Below, piece after piece: positions 39,475 through 53,359 of a DNA stretch of 64,000 bases. The stretch is from Octopus vulgaris (Eukaryota): contig OX597817.1 of assembly GCA_951406725.2 (NCBI GenBank), forward strand, positions 73,036,001 to 73,100,000, given 5' to 3'. The notes under the pieces were generated by a model. It was not told the origin of the DNA. It made no database searches and was given only the letters and a program-made list of their open reading frames with translations. The position numbers and the translations under genes were made by a program. Every line of letters begins with the position of its first letter. The stretch's first letter is position 1.

Positions 39475-41744
39475 TAAAATCTCTGATTTAAATTGTTTTT
39501 GTTTGTTGTTGTTTTTTTTTCTTTTTGCAAAGATTAATATTTGATTGGAAGAACTGTTAATGTTGAACAGAATGCCTTGTAGTGTTTGTTTTGGGTCTCT
39601 TCAGTCTAAGTTCTATTGCTTTTATCATCAACTTTGCAGCTTTTCTTCCTAACCTTGATAAAATAAAGTAGTTGTCAGCTATTTAATTAACTAACCACTC
39701 CAAATTTGTAATTTTTTGTTTATGCTTTTTTATATCCCCATTGCCTGTTAGTAGGGGTTTGAACAGTAGGGTAACTGATAATAAAATGCTCGATACCATA
39801 TTTTTTACAATTGATGGTTTCAGTTTTAAAAATAATAAAATTTAGTTGGATTTAGAACTCCCCTTCTACTAAGCTAGTATTTTTGAACATAACTTCACAA
39901 AATGGTATTTTATAAAATTACAATGGCTTTCATATTCATTTAGATAGGAACTTTTTATAACAATAGGATTTATATAATAGAACCAAGATATATCATACTG
40001 ATTAAGTACTTTATGGTATTTACTAATACATCTTTTAATTTCTGAGTTCAAATTCTGTTGAGATTGATGCAATTAATCACTAATCAAGTACTGGAATTGA
40101 TTAAATCTACCAAACCTTGTCCACCCTCAACCTTGTGCCTATGTTAAGAATATCATTATCTGAACTCTTTAAATTTGTTTATTTTTATGTTTAGTAATTT
40201 TTATTTTTTTTAACTTCTCTATGAATCCTATTTGTGATTTATGTGTTAAAATTCCCTGAACAGTTACTTTTCATAGATAATTTAGTTTTGTAATTTTCTT
40301 TTTAATTATATACGAAATTTCTAGAGATATTTTGTATTTATGTATAAAAACAATCATCTTTTTCTGGTTGGGGTGGGGTTGATTTACACACACACAGCTG
40401 GCATAGAAATATGAGTAAATACCTTGGTAATTCAGCAAAACATTATTTACTGAGTTGTTGATATAGACTCACTTAGTGCTTGCTTATTTTTATTTTTTAT
40501 TTTTGCTTTACTTCAATTATGCTGTTGTCAAGTAACAAATGTATTTGTTCATCATAATCGTTCTATGCTCATTAACTGCCTATATATGCACACACACACA
40601 CCACACGGTTTTATGTTTTATTTTATTGATTTCACTCAATGGACTATGCCCATGCTGGGGCACTGCATTCAAAGATATTAGTGCATTATGTTGACCTCCA
40701 GTATTTTTGCAATATGGTAGTTATTTTATTAATCTTTATTTTTTTTTTTAGAGTTAAGTTACATGAAACTAAACTTAGAATTAAGGTTGTTAAAAAGAAC
40801 TGGCTGTTTTATTAAATCTTTAATCATATATTCTACCCATTAGAGTAAGTGCAGAATTCCAAAACCAAAGTACAGGTAAATACTAAAAGTAGAGGTAGCT
40901 TGCATTGCAAAAGGTGTCTAGGACAGTTTAGTGACATAACTACAACTTATACAGAGGGAACAGCCATAGCATAGGTGGAAGAATTGTGGTACATTGATAA
41001 GATACAATGGAAAGTAACCAGCATCTATGTTCTACAAACATGATAGATCAGCGATCTGATTGATGTGCCAACAGGTCAGTGAATCAGTCCACATGTGGGG
41101 AGCCAGAAAGAATGAGATCAGGTAGCAGTGGCCCTTTTAAAAGACATAAATGGTAATAATGATATAACTATACTGCCACCTAAGAGATAATACAATAAAC
41201 TGAGAATTACTATATATGATATAACAGAAAATAATAAAATATAAATTTGCTGTGTGTGTGCTTGAATATATATGTGCATGAATATATATATATGAATATT
41301 TATGTGTATAAATACATGTGTATAAAAGTATGTGCACGTGTGTATGTTTATGAATAAATGGATAGTCTCTCTCTCTCTCTCTCCCCCTTTCTCTCCTCTC
41401 TCTCACACACACACATGCACACAAATGAATAAACTGATCATGGCAACCCTGAGTGAACTTGTATTTGCTATTTGCTCAGTTGGCAGAAAACAAATAGGAA
41501 CGACATGTAATGTGTGTATGTGTCAGAAAACAAAAATACATCAACACTCACTGTCACAGACACAACATCATTTCGGTTATAGACATACTATCCAAGAACA
41601 TCACAACAAACATGTACCTGCTGCACTGACCACCAACACCAAACACCCAGAAAGAACAGAACAATTATGGTGGACTGATTTAAAGGGCTAGAAAGTTGTC
41701 AAAACATTTTGACAGATCAATCAATTGATCAGTTAATAATAACG

Positions 41745-42360
41745 CTTTATAAATTTGGCATAAAGCCAGCAATTTCAAGAGAAAGTGCAAGTCAATTACA
41801 TCAACCCCAGTTCTCAACGGATACTTATTTTATCAACCCCAAAAGAATGAAAGGCAAAATTGACCTCAGCAAAATTTGAACTCAGAACACAAAGACGGAT
41901 GAAATGCTGTGAAGCATTTTGTCAGTCATGCTAACGGTTCTACCAGCTTTGCTACCTTAATTATAATAAAAATTAAAAGAATTTCAAAATTTGGCAAAAG
42001 GTCAGTAATTTTCAGTGGTGAGCTGGCAGAAACGTTAGCACGCCGGGCGAAATGCGTAGCCGTTTTTCGTCGGCCATTACGTTCTGAGTTCAAATTCCGC
42101 CGAGGTCGACTTTGCCTTTCATCCTTTCGAGGTCGTTTAAAGAAGCACCAGTTACGCACTGGGGTCAATATAAACGACTTAATCTGTCTGTCTGTCCTTG
42201 CTTGTCCTCTCTGTGTTTAGCCCCTTGTGGGTGGTAAAGAAATAGGTATGCATTTAATTGACCCCAGAAAGGAGGAAAGGCAAAGTCAACTTCAGAACAT
42301 AAAGATGGACGAAATACTGCTAAGCATTTTGCCCATCATGCCAGCTCACCACCTTAATAA
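41745..42360. mobile_element. Family-2 SINE cluster: minus copy 41745-41960 and a young plus copy 42015-42249 nested in a second minus copy
   Basis: GAGCTGGCAGAAACGTTAGCACGCCGGGCGAAATG..GCCGAGGTCGACTTTGCCTTTCATCC on plus, with reverse-complement pieces on both sides. Confidence 0.85.
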
Positions 42361-42545
42361 TAATAATAAAGTACACAGACTATATACAACTAGTGCATAC
42401 ATTTCTTTTTTTTTTTTTTTGGCATGATGGTAATGTGTACTGAGTGAAATTTGGCTACTATTTCTAACAGATGGAGTGACCATGTAGGGGCTATATTTTC
42501 AAGTACAACACTATATGCCATATTTTTACATAGTATACATGTGCA

Positions 42546-42607
<62 letters not shown>

Positions 42608-43390
42608 TACACACACATGCACAAATTAAGCTCAAATGCATATTGCATAATTTTATGTTGCTTAATTTCCAACAATAAATGAAAGAAGTTTATTCTATTC
42701 ATACCTCTCCCAACTCAAAAAAAATTTCTGCAGTCTTACTTTTGTACAGTTGTTAAGACTCAAGCCAGCCTTAACTGGGCAGACTTATAATCCATTGCTT
42801 TATTCTCAAGGCAGTAAGGTGTAGCGAGGGAGATTTGACTGCTTTTTCTTCTAGGATATCAAGCACCCACATACAGGCTATATATTTTCCTTCCACTCTA
42901 TTATGAACACTACACTGTGATTGACTCTCTTACCTTACACCATCTGTCAAATATTAAACAATTTCATCTGACATTAAATCTAAAATTAATCTGACCTGAA
43001 GGCATACATATCTTTGATTTTTATCTGTAAATGTAATAAAGTTAACTTGTTTTTGTTTGTATGTTGTCATTATTAACATCTGTTCTTTTCATTGGGGGTG
43101 TTATTCTGACTTCAGGTTTCATAACTTCCTGTTACTTATTAAACTAGAGTTTGTTTTCCATATCTCTAGGAATCATATTATTGCTCGGTATAGAAATTAC
43201 TTGAATAGTTATGATATATGACGATTTATTTCAAACTTTCAATATTGTGTTTTATGTTTTCAAAATTTCAAGTAGATTTTTTTGTGTCATGTAAATTTAC
43301 ATCCACATGTTAAATGCATAAGTTGATTTTGTGTCTGAATATGTGTGCATACATACATAGATACATTTTATGCATACATATCTGGAAATG

Positions 43391-43431
<41 letters not shown>

Positions 43432-43537
43432 TATATATTTATATATATGGACAATTAAGGTGGTTTTAGAGTCAGATTTTCAGCACGGTGGTATCTCGTA
43501 GATACCCTAATTTATGATATATATATATATATATATA

Positions 43538-43893
43538 TTCTTTTACTCTTTTCAGTCATTTGGCTGTGGCCATGCTGGAGCACTGCCTTTAGTCAAACAA
43601 ATTGACCCCAGGATTTATTCTTTGTAAGCGTAGTACTTATGGTATCAGTCTCTTTTGCCGAACCGCTAAGTTATGGGGACGTAAATACACTAACATTGGT
43701 TGTCAAGTGATGATGGGGGAAGAAACAGACACCCAAATACGTACATAAATTTATATATATATACACACACACATACACACGACGGGACTGAGGCTACAGT
43801 AGAAGACACTTGCCCAATGTGCCATGCAGTGCAACTGAACCTGGAACCATGTGGTTGAGAAGCAAGTTTCTTACTCACGACTACTCATGCACC
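43538..43893 (-). mobile_element. Family-1 SINE
   Basis: Reverse complement of 39082-39474. Confidence 0.85.
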
Positions 43894-43907
43894 TACCTAT
43901 CTATCTA

Positions 43908-43988
<81 letters not shown>

Positions 43989-46269
43989 CACACACAATAT
44001 GTATGTGTGTGTACATATGTGAGGTATTATGCATGTGTATGATGTAGTCTCTCAACGTCCACACTTATATGCAGATATTAAAACAGAATTATAATTTCTT
44101 TTTCTCTAGATATGTTTTGCCAATTTATTAGAGATAAAAACAAATAGAACATAATAATCGACTACTTAATGTGATACATAATAGTAACATAGTTGTGTTT
44201 TTTAAGTTGTATAAAATATTTTTGCAACAAATCTAACAATAGGTTGTTTATAGTTTCGTTGCAAACTAAATAATATAAGAAATAGTGTGATGTCGATAAT
44301 GAATTGGTTTATATTTAGCCATATCAGCAGTGGTGATTCGTTGAAGAGAAATGGGCATGTAAGATGTTTTACCTCGTGTCGAGATCGCATCCCTATTTCG
44401 ATTCTAGCTTGAGGCAAGTTTAATTCACACTGGTCCCCGGGAAGCGTACGTACGTGATAGTGTCCTATTTACGCATGCTCCTTCTCAAAATGTATAAGGC
44501 CTTTGTGTGAAATCAAGAATCCTTTATTTTGATTTTGATGACTATTAAAGAACAAATTCACTAATCCTCTTTTTTTTTTTAACTTAGAATAATTAGAAAT
44601 TATTTTTAATCATACGATAGAGTTCAGCTGTAATAATGTAGAGCAAGTTAAACGATATAATCCAAGGAAGCTGGTTATTATTTATTAAGTAAAGAATTTT
44701 GTGTCCCGTTATAGTGAAAGTTCTGCGAGGAACAATTCAGTTGTTTAGTCACAATTTAAAGTTGAAGTTAGGAAAGCTAAGCATATACTTATTTACCTTC
44801 TGATGTTCAATATTTATTTTATTCATTAACTATAATTGATAAAACAATTAACTCATAGGTGGAAACTTGTCAGCAGAGCAAATCTCTGCTTCGAAATTTG
44901 TTTATTGTTAGATTATACTTTTTTTTTTTAATTAAAACAAAAAACGAGCAACAGAATAGGTAGATCGTAAAATGAGAAGCTGCGTGGTGTTTAGTTAAAA
45001 CTACTTTAATTACTGGATTCAAATTCCGTCGAGGCTGACTTGATGTCTCATTCTTCAAGGGCCGTTAAAATATAGCACCCGTCTAATACCGGAAGTGGAC
45101 CAATATAATCGATTATTCCCTGCCCACAGGAAAATGTAGTCTTATTTGATTAATATTGATTTCTAACGGTGACTTAAGTTATATTGGTGATGACTTTTAT
45201 CTCAAGTTGTCCTCTCTGAAACTTTTCCTGTTGCAGTTCAGGTTATTCCTGATCGAGCTGGCTTCTCAAAAGGCTTTCTAGCTAAGATCTTTCCATCTTT
45301 TATTCTAGATATAATAGTGTATCACCCTTCCTTCGAAATAGGGGACATACTCCACTGTCTACACCATTTTTTTTCCTCTAAAGATAGTCGGGTGGTTTTT
45401 GTGAGAGATTTGGCTGCTCTTTCTAGCCGGATGAACGATCATGTACAAGAAACTCTTTCATTGTTTTGAGTCAATACAACAAATATAATGAAGTTACGAG
45501 ACCAGTTTTAAATTGGTCCTTTTGAAAACGGAAGGGTAAAAAGAATCTGCAATGATGTTCTTGTATGTGTGAGAGTTATATTCCTTTTTCCATAATAAAT
45601 CTTCCTAAAATGGTGCAGGGCGTAGGGGATCATCGCATACCAATACGATCCATCTACAATGAGTGTGTGTGTGTGTAACCCTTTTTTTGTAGCAGCTGGC
45701 CTTGAGATATTTTGCTCATCTTAAATAGTGACTGAGCACAAAAAGAATATTTATTTACCACAGTATGTAGTACATAGCACAGTTACACTATTAGTATCTA
45801 CCCAGAACATAAACTAGATATTGTTACTAAATTTTAAAAAGTTCTTACAAATGTGACTATGCGTACCAACGAGATAAAGAGCCGCAGGGTTACTCATGCC
45901 GCATACATACACTCACACATATATACATAATTAGTAAATTTGTTTCAGATCAGCTTCAGTTTGATTTTTTTTTCTTAATAAATGTATAAAAATGTAAGAC
46001 TGTTATATTTCAGCCATAATAATTATAAGAAACATGTAGATAGCATACTAAGGTAGAATTGGACTCTTGTACATCGCATACCAAGCTAGCACCATATATA
46101 TGTGTGTGTGTGTGTATATATATATATATGTGTGTGTGTGTGTATATATATGTGTGTGTGTGTGTATAATCACATATAATAGCATATATACACACACACA
46201 TCATGGATGTGTGTGCGTATATATGCTATTATATGTGATTATGAGTGTGTGTGTGTGTAAATATATATG

Positions 46270-46305
<36 letters not shown>

Positions 46306-46307
<2 letters not shown>

Positions 46308-46685
46308 CGCAGGAGTGGCTGTGTGGTTAGTGTGCTTACAAGCCACATGGTTCTGGGTTCAGACCCACTGCGTGGCACCTTGGGAGTGGTTCTTCTACTC
46401 TATTGGGTCAACCAAACCCTTGTAATTGGATTTGGTAGACAGAAACTGAAAGAAACCCATCGTGTGTATATATATATATATATATAATGTGTGTGTGTGT
46501 GTGTATGTTTGTCACCCCAACTTCGCTTGACAACCAATGCTGGTGTGTTTAAGTCCTGATAACTTTTCGGCAAAAGAGAAATGATAGAATACGTGCTAAG
46601 CTTACAAAGAATAAGTCCTGGGGTCGATTTACTTGACTAAAGTCAGTGCTCCAGCATGGCCACTGTCAAATGACTGAAACAATAG
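46306..46685 (+). mobile_element. Family-1 SINE
   Basis: GGCGCAGGAGTGGCTGTGTGG head and standard 3' half. Confidence 0.85.
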
Positions 46686-47360
46686 AGCATATATGTACTT
46701 GTATATGTATATATATATATGTGCTTGCTTGTGTATATATGTGTGTGTGCTTGTATAATGTGTATATATGTATGTATATGTATATATGTGTGTATATATA
46801 TATATATGTATATATGTGTGTATGTATATATATATTTGTGTGTGTGTGTATATATATATGTATATTTGTACATATATTTTTATGTATATATATACATATA
46901 TATATGTAACATCTCATAATTATAAACAGGGCAAATTTTAGCCATATCTCTGGGCGCAACCTTAGTCAATTTTCAGACCTATTAGCTCATCAGAGGCGTC
47001 TACATCATTCTGACAGTCTCTATAGAAAGAAGCAGCAAAACTTTATATACTGAACAAATGCAGCAGTTACTGTATGAAGGAGTCCCTAATTTGCTTACCA
47101 AAAGTGTTTAACACTATAAATACCAGCAGCCTGTCAACAGGGATCATAGTCCACACAGTATGCGTATCTATATGTATGTGTATGTATATATGTGTATGTG
47201 TATATATGTGTATGTATATGTGTGAATGTATATGTATGTATGTATGTATGAGTGTGTATGTATGTGTGAATGTATATGTATGTATGAGTGTGTATGTATG
47301 TATATATATGTATGTATGTATATGTATGTATGTATATATATGTATGTATGTATGTATATG

Positions 47361-47410
<50 letters not shown>

Positions 47411-47416
47411 CATACA

Positions 47417-48577
47417 CTAGCTGAAGGTGACCTGCTCTACGCGCGGGTAAGAGTGTGGATGTTACTTTCTGTTGCTTCCTTTCAGCACATAAAAAGCACC
47501 ATCCGAACGTGGCCGATTGCAGCGCCGCCTTGACTAGCTTCTGTGCTGGTGGCACGTAAAAAGCACCAACCGATCGTGGCTGCTGCCAGCCCTCCTGGCA
47601 CGAAAAAAGCACCCACTACGCTCACAGAGTGGTTGGCGTTAGGAAGGGCATCCACCTGTAGAAACACTGCCAGATCAGACTGGAGCCTGGTGCAGCCTCC
47701 TGGCTTCCCAGACCCCAGTCAAACTGTCCAACCCGTGCTAGCACGGAAAACGGACGTTAAACGATGATGATTCTCCCTCTTTGTTTCTCTCTCCTTTTTC
47801 TCTCACTTTCCCCACTCTCTTACTCTTCCTTTCTCTCGGACTCTCCCTCGCTTTCTCTTACTCTCTACCTTTATCTATCTCCCCATTTATAAACAACAAA
47901 AGATCTTGAGTAAGTTGAGAAATAAAATATTTAGAAAGATCAATCATAAATATCAGGCAGTAACAATGGAAAGGTCTGCTTCAAGGCAGATAGCAAAACA
48001 TTAACATTTAAAAGGGACAGACGAACTTGCGAGCTGAATAAAAATAATAAAATATTGGAAACCAAAGTTTGAAGGGATAGAATCTGAGGATAGTAGAGTC
48101 ACCATGGCTGACATTTCTTAACGACGGACAGCAACGTTTTCACAGTTTAACGGCTGGCGTAAAATTTTGAACTTGATGTAAAAGAAAATCCCTAAACACC
48201 AAGTTTTGAAGTGATTCTTTCTCATGACAGTAGACTCACCATGGCAAGCATTCAAAACTTCTTCATCATGGACGGCAACACATTGACGATTAAAAGGCTG
48301 GCGCAAATTTTTTAGCTTCATGTAACAGAGAATTCCTAAACACCCACTCCTTGAAATTTTAATCCGCTTCCAGCCCCATTTAGACCCCTTTTCACATTTT
48401 GGTTAATATAACCTGATTTCATTCGGGTCTACTGGGGCCACATTTTATAAGATGAGGAATTTTGTCCTAGAGGTCACGCCTTTCATTTGAGGAAAAAAAA
48501 TAGTTGTCATGCAAACTTGCCAGCACTTTTAACATAGGTCTGCATATTTTCAGCTCAATCAACCACATAATGCACAC

Positions 48578-48612
<35 letters not shown>

Positions 48613-49381
48613 GTGTGTGTGTGTGTGTGTGTTGGAGTCTCTCTCATATGTGAGCGTTGACACTGAATTCGACTGGTAAACAGGTAACCTTGTTTTTGTT
48701 GAAATAGTTGTGAGCTGCTGGAGTTATTTCTCTAACGGGTAGTAGGAATTTCCATATCCTCCGAGGAAAGGAACTGTTGACCCAGACAATTAGAATTAAT
48801 TTTAATAAAAGCATCAATTTAAGGAAAAATAATAAAGTAGTAAAAAATGAAAATTTAGCACAAAAAATTTGCAGGGTTCTAAATAAATGTTAAAATGTAA
48901 TAGATACAAAGAACCTACGTTATCACCAGAGCACGAACGCATGTTGGTGTGTTCTGTTTGTATTTGCTCCATCGGCGCGTTGACAGGCAGACAATAGAAT
49001 GCGATGGCGAGATTCATAATATTTGTTGTCATGATTGTGTGGTGTTGATGGTGACGATGATAATTCTCTTTATGAATGCAGACAGATACATAAAAGAACG
49101 CCATTTGACGAAGTGAAAGTGATGGGAAGGTAGGAAATAGAGTGAGTGAAAAAGTGCTGGGAGCGTGAGTGAGTGAGTAAGACAGATACATTAAAGAATG
49201 GGAGTGGACTTGTCAAAGTGGGTTTTTGGCCCTAGCAATGACACCTTTTAAGATAGGGATTTCTAACATAGCCCACGGGCATCGTCACCTCATTTTACAT
49301 GTCCCTATAAATTTTGGAGTTAATCCGACGGGATGTAGTGGCCTTAAAAGCGATCCAAGCGGTCCAAACGCATTTCAGTTT

Positions 49382-49391
<10 letters not shown>
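47417..49391 (-). mobile_element. Non-autonomous Helitron (~2 kb)
   Basis: On the minus strand: 5' T(C>T)TATATATAAAACTGAAATG, and at the 3' end a GC-rich hairpin (47430-48) 9 nt before the terminal CTAG, followed by T. No TSD, A|T target. Internal ~137-bp tandem repeat at 48055-48357. Confidence 0.7.
47485..47771 (+). mobile_element. RTE LINE 3' UTR fragment nested in the Helitron
   Basis: GGCAC..AAAAAGCACC repeats, GGCGTTAGGAAGGGCATCC and a GGACGTTAAACGATGATGAT end. Confidence 0.8.
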
Positions 49392-49419
<28 letters not shown>

Positions 49420-49460
49420 TAAGTAAAAAGGAAGAGTAAGTATGGTTAGGCAACTTTTTA

Positions 49461-49582
49461 ATCGCTACAAATGTTTCGATACATACAGATCCTTGTATAT
49501 ACAGGATTTAAAGTTAAGTTTAAATTAAATTAGGTAACGATTTACCTGTATAAGAAGAACTATATGTATCTCCTCGGGCGAT
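49461..49582 (-). ncRNA. Type I hammerhead ribozyme motif (U4>C variant)
   Basis: Minus strand reads: stem I ATCGC, core CCGAGGA, long stem II GATACATA..TATGTATC, GAAAC-ATTT-GUA, stem I' GCGAT. Confidence 0.65.
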
Positions 49583-49683
49583 ACTCAGTTGCTGTCTCCG
49601 TAAGTGAATCTAGATTTCCATGCTACAACATCCATGGATGTTTTAGCATGGAAATCTAGATTTACTTATGGAGACAACTGAGT

Positions 49684-49797
49684 ATCTCCTGCGGAGATAC
49701 ATATAGATCTTACACAGGTAAATCATTACTTAATTTCATTTAGACTTTAAATCTTGTATATTCAAGGATCTGTATGTATCGAAACATTTGCAGTGAT
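49684..49797 (+). ncRNA. Degenerate type I hammerhead ribozyme motif
   Basis: ATCTC-CTGCGGA-GATACATATAGATCTT..AGGATCTGTATGTATC-GAAAC-ATTT-GCA-GTGAT. Core A6 and the cleavage-site U are mutated. Confidence 0.5.
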
Positions 49798-49994
49798 TAA
49801 AAAGCTGCCTAACTGTACTTATTCTTCCTTTTGACTCTTTTACTTTTTACTTTCTATTTTACACGCGAGGAATACCTAAGACTACAATTGGTAGCATACT
49901 GTTAGAATAAGACCGGCTGTTTGGGAATTCTAAGGGTGAATGAGCTCTAACTGTACTCTAATACATTCTTAACAGAACACACCTCAACAGACTA

Positions 49995-50693
<699 letters not shown>

Positions 50694-50694
50694 A

Positions 50695-50964
50695 ATATAT
50701 GTGTATGTATATGTGTATGTGTAATATATGTGTGTATTTATGCATACCTATATATGTGTATATATATATATGTTGGTATATATATATATATATATCATAT
50801 TTGTATTCACATATGTACATACATATGTGTGTGTATAATCATATGTATATATATATACATATGTGTATTTATATATCTATATATATACATGTGTATATAT
50901 ATGTATGTATATACATATGTATATATGTGTGTGTGTGTATATATATGTGTGTGTGTACATATGA

Positions 50965-51000
<36 letters not shown>

Positions 51001-51997
51001 AACTTATAAACTTTGATAACCTTTAAGGTATTTTTTAATATGCTGGCCATTTTATCCTATATTAGATATATACGAGTTTATATGTATATACATATGTATA
51101 TATGTATGTGTATACATATGTATGTGTATATATATGTATTTGTATATGTTTTTGTGTTTGCATATATGTGTGTGTGTGTATACATATATATATATATTGT
51201 ATAAAACTTTAGATTCATATGAATATCATACAATTAGTATGGTATTATCCATACATTTTCAAAATTAGGTATATATATATATATTTGTGTGCGTTTATGT
51301 ATGTATATGTATATATATATATTTGTATAAATGTATGTATGTATATATATATGTATGTAATATAATGTATGTATGTATATATATATGTATGTAATATAAT
51401 GTATGTATGTATATATATATGTATGTAATATAATGTATGTATGTATGTAATATAATGTATGTGTATGTATATATGTATGTGCATGTATATATGTATGTGC
51501 ATGTATATATATGTGTTTGTATGTATGTATATATGTATGTGTATATATGTGTGTGTCTGTATATATGTATGTGTATGTATATATATATGTGTGTAATATA
51601 ATGTATGTATGTATATATATATGTATGTAATATAATGTATGTATGTATATATATATGTATGTAATATAATGTATGTGTATGTATATATGTATGTGCATGT
51701 ATATATGTATGTGCATGTATATATATGTGTTTGTATGTATGTATATATGTATGTGTATATATGTGTGTGTCTGTATATATGTATGTGTATGTATATATAT
51801 ATGTGTGTGTCTATATGTATGTATGTGTATGTATATATATTTGTGTGTGTGTCTATATGTATGTATGTGTATGTATATATATTTGTGTGTATGTATATAT
51901 ATATATATATATGTGTATGGATATATATATGCATATGTATGGATATATATATGCATATGTATGGATATATATATATATGTATTATAAGAAAGGTATA

Positions 51998-52032
<35 letters not shown>

Positions 52033-52036
52033 TATA

Positions 52037-52088
<52 letters not shown>

Positions 52089-52092
52089 TATA

Positions 52093-52124
<32 letters not shown>

Positions 52125-52134
52125 GTATTATAAG

Positions 52135-52171
<37 letters not shown>

Positions 52172-52176
52172 TATAA

Positions 52177-52226
<50 letters not shown>

Positions 52227-52270
52227 TATAAGAAAGGTATATATTATATATTTATATATATATATTTGTA
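50695..52270. repeat. Long microsatellite/minisatellite field (GTAATATAAT- and GTATTATAAGAAAG-anchored units)
   Basis: Directly visible. Source of many spurious ORFs. Confidence 0.9.
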
Positions 52271-53359
52271 TATTTCTAAAAATAAGAAAGTAGAAAACTA
52301 AAATTATGTTGCAACACCAAACGGTGGATCCCCATAATACACACATACATACACACATGTATGTAAATGTGTGTGTATGTATGTGGTGCTTTGTTGATTG
52401 AATCCTTTCGTCTACGCGAATTAAAGCTCACTTATGTGTTTGGTTGTTCGTGGGTTCGTGCGTAACTAATCGCTGGGCAAGAAATATCGGGGCTGTCCAA
52501 ATTGGAAAAAATAGTCAACGTCCTGAAGATTATTGGTCACTGTATTTTATTTCATATTTATTTATTTTTCTACCTGTTTGTGTGTGCATATATGTGTGTA
52601 GATATATCTGTATGTATGTGTATGCTTATTTATACTGACAATCATAATTCTAATTATCTCCGTGTTTTTAAATACCTATTGGTTCAAAAACTATGGAAGA
52701 AATGAGGTAATGGTAAACATGCAAACTGTTGGTGTGCATGTAATTTTTTTCTTTTTGTTTGTTTAGATGATCTGTGTATCGGTGTGTACATAAATATATG
52801 TGGTTCATTGTCTTTAATGCTGTCTGTTTTCTAATCCTGTGGCTCAACAAATACGAGTTGAGAAAATTAGTGACAGATTGAAATATGTGTTGGGGGCGAT
52901 ATGGTTGACTTAAACCTTTGTAAGTTGTGCCCTAACGCGGTCACAGTATAATAATGATAATGACGTTGATTTTATATATATAGTGCATTTATATTTATGC
53001 CCATGTATAATTGTTATATAATAATGGGATTATGTAAATATACGGTGAATTATGCATGTGTAAACGATGCATGTAAAAAAAACCGGGTCTAGAATTTAAT
53101 GTGTTATATGAGGTAATTGTCTAAGGGGGAAAATCCTTCACCAAAGCACATTGGTATCGTATGTGTCCAAAATATAAGTATAATCACATACACACGGTGA
53201 ATATGTGTTTTGTAGGCATGCATTATTATATCGCACCGGCATCGAAAATACAAGGATCATATATATATATATACACACACACACAAAAGCTAGTTTATTT
53301 GACATTCATTCTAGTTGCAAAATTAGAGCTCTCCAATGAAAGAAAAGCATGAAAGAGAA

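Larger units (their letters stand above)
49422..49836. repeat. ~415-bp spacerless imperfect palindrome (Penelope/retrozyme-like termini, head to head)
   Basis: Arms 49422-49634 and 49635-49836 are reverse complements around AACATCCA|TGGATGTT. Flanked by (TA)n. Confidence 0.95.

Noticed and set aside
41332-41691. 119-aa ORF faintly like a GIY-YIG endonuclease
   Set aside because: It starts in microsatellite and lacks convincing catalytic motifs.
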